Origin: a virus
Lineage: Duplodnaviria; Caudoviricetes
IMG/VR virus record: IMGVR_UViG_3300011335_000323
Location: 1-33,432 of that record
Length of the DNA stretch: 33,432 nt
Strand: one strand, 5' to 3'
The notes beneath the pieces were generated by a model. It was not told where the DNA came from. It made no database searches and was given only the letters and a program-made list of their open reading frames with translations. Positions 32,851 to 33,432 of the stretch are shown here, piece after piece (within the stretch, counting starts at the first letter, position 1; every line of letters starts with the position of its first letter). A program made the position numbers and the translations under genes.

Positions 32851-33432
32851 TGTCCACGAGGTACAAAGGCTCAGTAATGTCGGCTACAGCGCCGACTACT
32901 AGCATTACATCAGCAAGTGGAATTTGGAGTTCTAATGAAGTGATGCAAGCACTTACGGCTACTGCTTGGCCCAAGCCCGGTGTTCTAGTAGACTATTTAG
33001 TAGTTGCTGGCGGCGGTGGTGGCGGTGGCGCAGGAACAAATTCTGGGGCTGCTGGAGGGGGTGGCGCTGGTGGTTTATTAACTTCTGCTGGTTTTTTATT
33101 AGTAGCGGGAGCTACATACACTATTACTGTAGGCGCATTCGGGGCCGGTGGAACAACCGCAGGTACGCAAGGTACAAGCGGTGGAAATTCTGTTATTAGC
33201 GGAGCAGAAATAACAACAATAACTGCAACTGGCGGCGGTGGAGGCGGTGGTGCAACATCTGCTGCTGGTTCTGTTGGGCGTGCCGGTGGATCAGGTGGTG
33301 GGGGTGGTGGGGGTGCTAAAGTAGGTGGCGCAGGAACATCTGGTCAAGGTAATACTGGTGGTACTGGTGGCCCAACAAGTACCCCTTTTGCTTACGGCGG
33401 TGGCGGTGGCGGCGGTGTAAGTGCTGTAGGTT
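32850..33432 (+). CDS. Glycine-rich tail/fibre protein, truncated by the window edge
   Basis: ATG overlaps the upstream TAA. Translation MSTRYKG...VDYLVVAGGGGGG...GGGGAGG...YTITVGA.G.GG...GGNS stays open to the end of the window. Confidence 0.8.
   Translation, partial: MSTRYKGSVMSATAPTTSITSASGIWSSNEVMQALTATAWPKPGVLVDYLVVAGGGGGGGAGTNSGAAGGGGAGGLLTSAGFLLVAGATYTITVGAFGAGGTTAGTQGTSGGNSVISGAEITTITATGGGGGGGATSAAGSVGRAGGSGGGGGGGAKVGGAGTSGQGNTGGTGGPTSTPFAYGGGGGGGVSAVG

Noticed and set aside
32966-33199. 77-aa Trp/Arg-rich ORF
   Set aside because: It is an alternative-frame reading of the glycine-rich gene that starts at 32850.
1-33432. Phage RNA polymerase, tRNA genes, reverse transcriptase/DGR, introns/inteins, stop-codon reassignment
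   Set aside because: None was recognised. Core genes have ordinary lengths and translate with the standard code, and TAA, TGA and TAG are all used as stops.

Overview
A 33.4-kb piece of a tailed dsDNA phage genome with the two-armed layout of T7-related podoviruses that lack their own RNA polymerase (SIO1/Zobellviridae-like; inference). The minus-strand arm (about 19.1 kb to the left edge) runs from many small early genes, through a DUF932-like gene, an ADP-ribosylglycohydrolase and a tyrosine integrase, into a T7-like replication and nucleotide module. That module comprises primase-helicase, family A polymerase, SSB, 5'-3' exonuclease, HNH-like nuclease, ThyX, MazG and a truncated class II ribonucleotide reductase. 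The plus-strand arm (20.4 kb to the right edge) carries small basic proteins, terminase, portal, a putative internal protein, scaffold, major capsid protein and tail/virion genes. The divergent 1.3-kb non-coding region between the arms probably holds the genome termini. It contains two long hairpins, four DnaA boxes, a LexA box, 21-bp-period repeats, TGAC-N6-GTCA dyads, an IHF-like site and a G-rich island. The most unusual signals are: (i) a recurrent TTCCTGAAAGGAA dyad that joins the stop codon of one early gene to a hairpin-occluded Shine-Dalgarno of the next, (ii) the terminal array of host-protein binding sites, (iii) three small genes each broken by a +1 frameshift at an RAA-T context, and (iv) a loop-E-containing structured RNA candidate. 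Family names were recognised by eye from motifs; no database searches were run.
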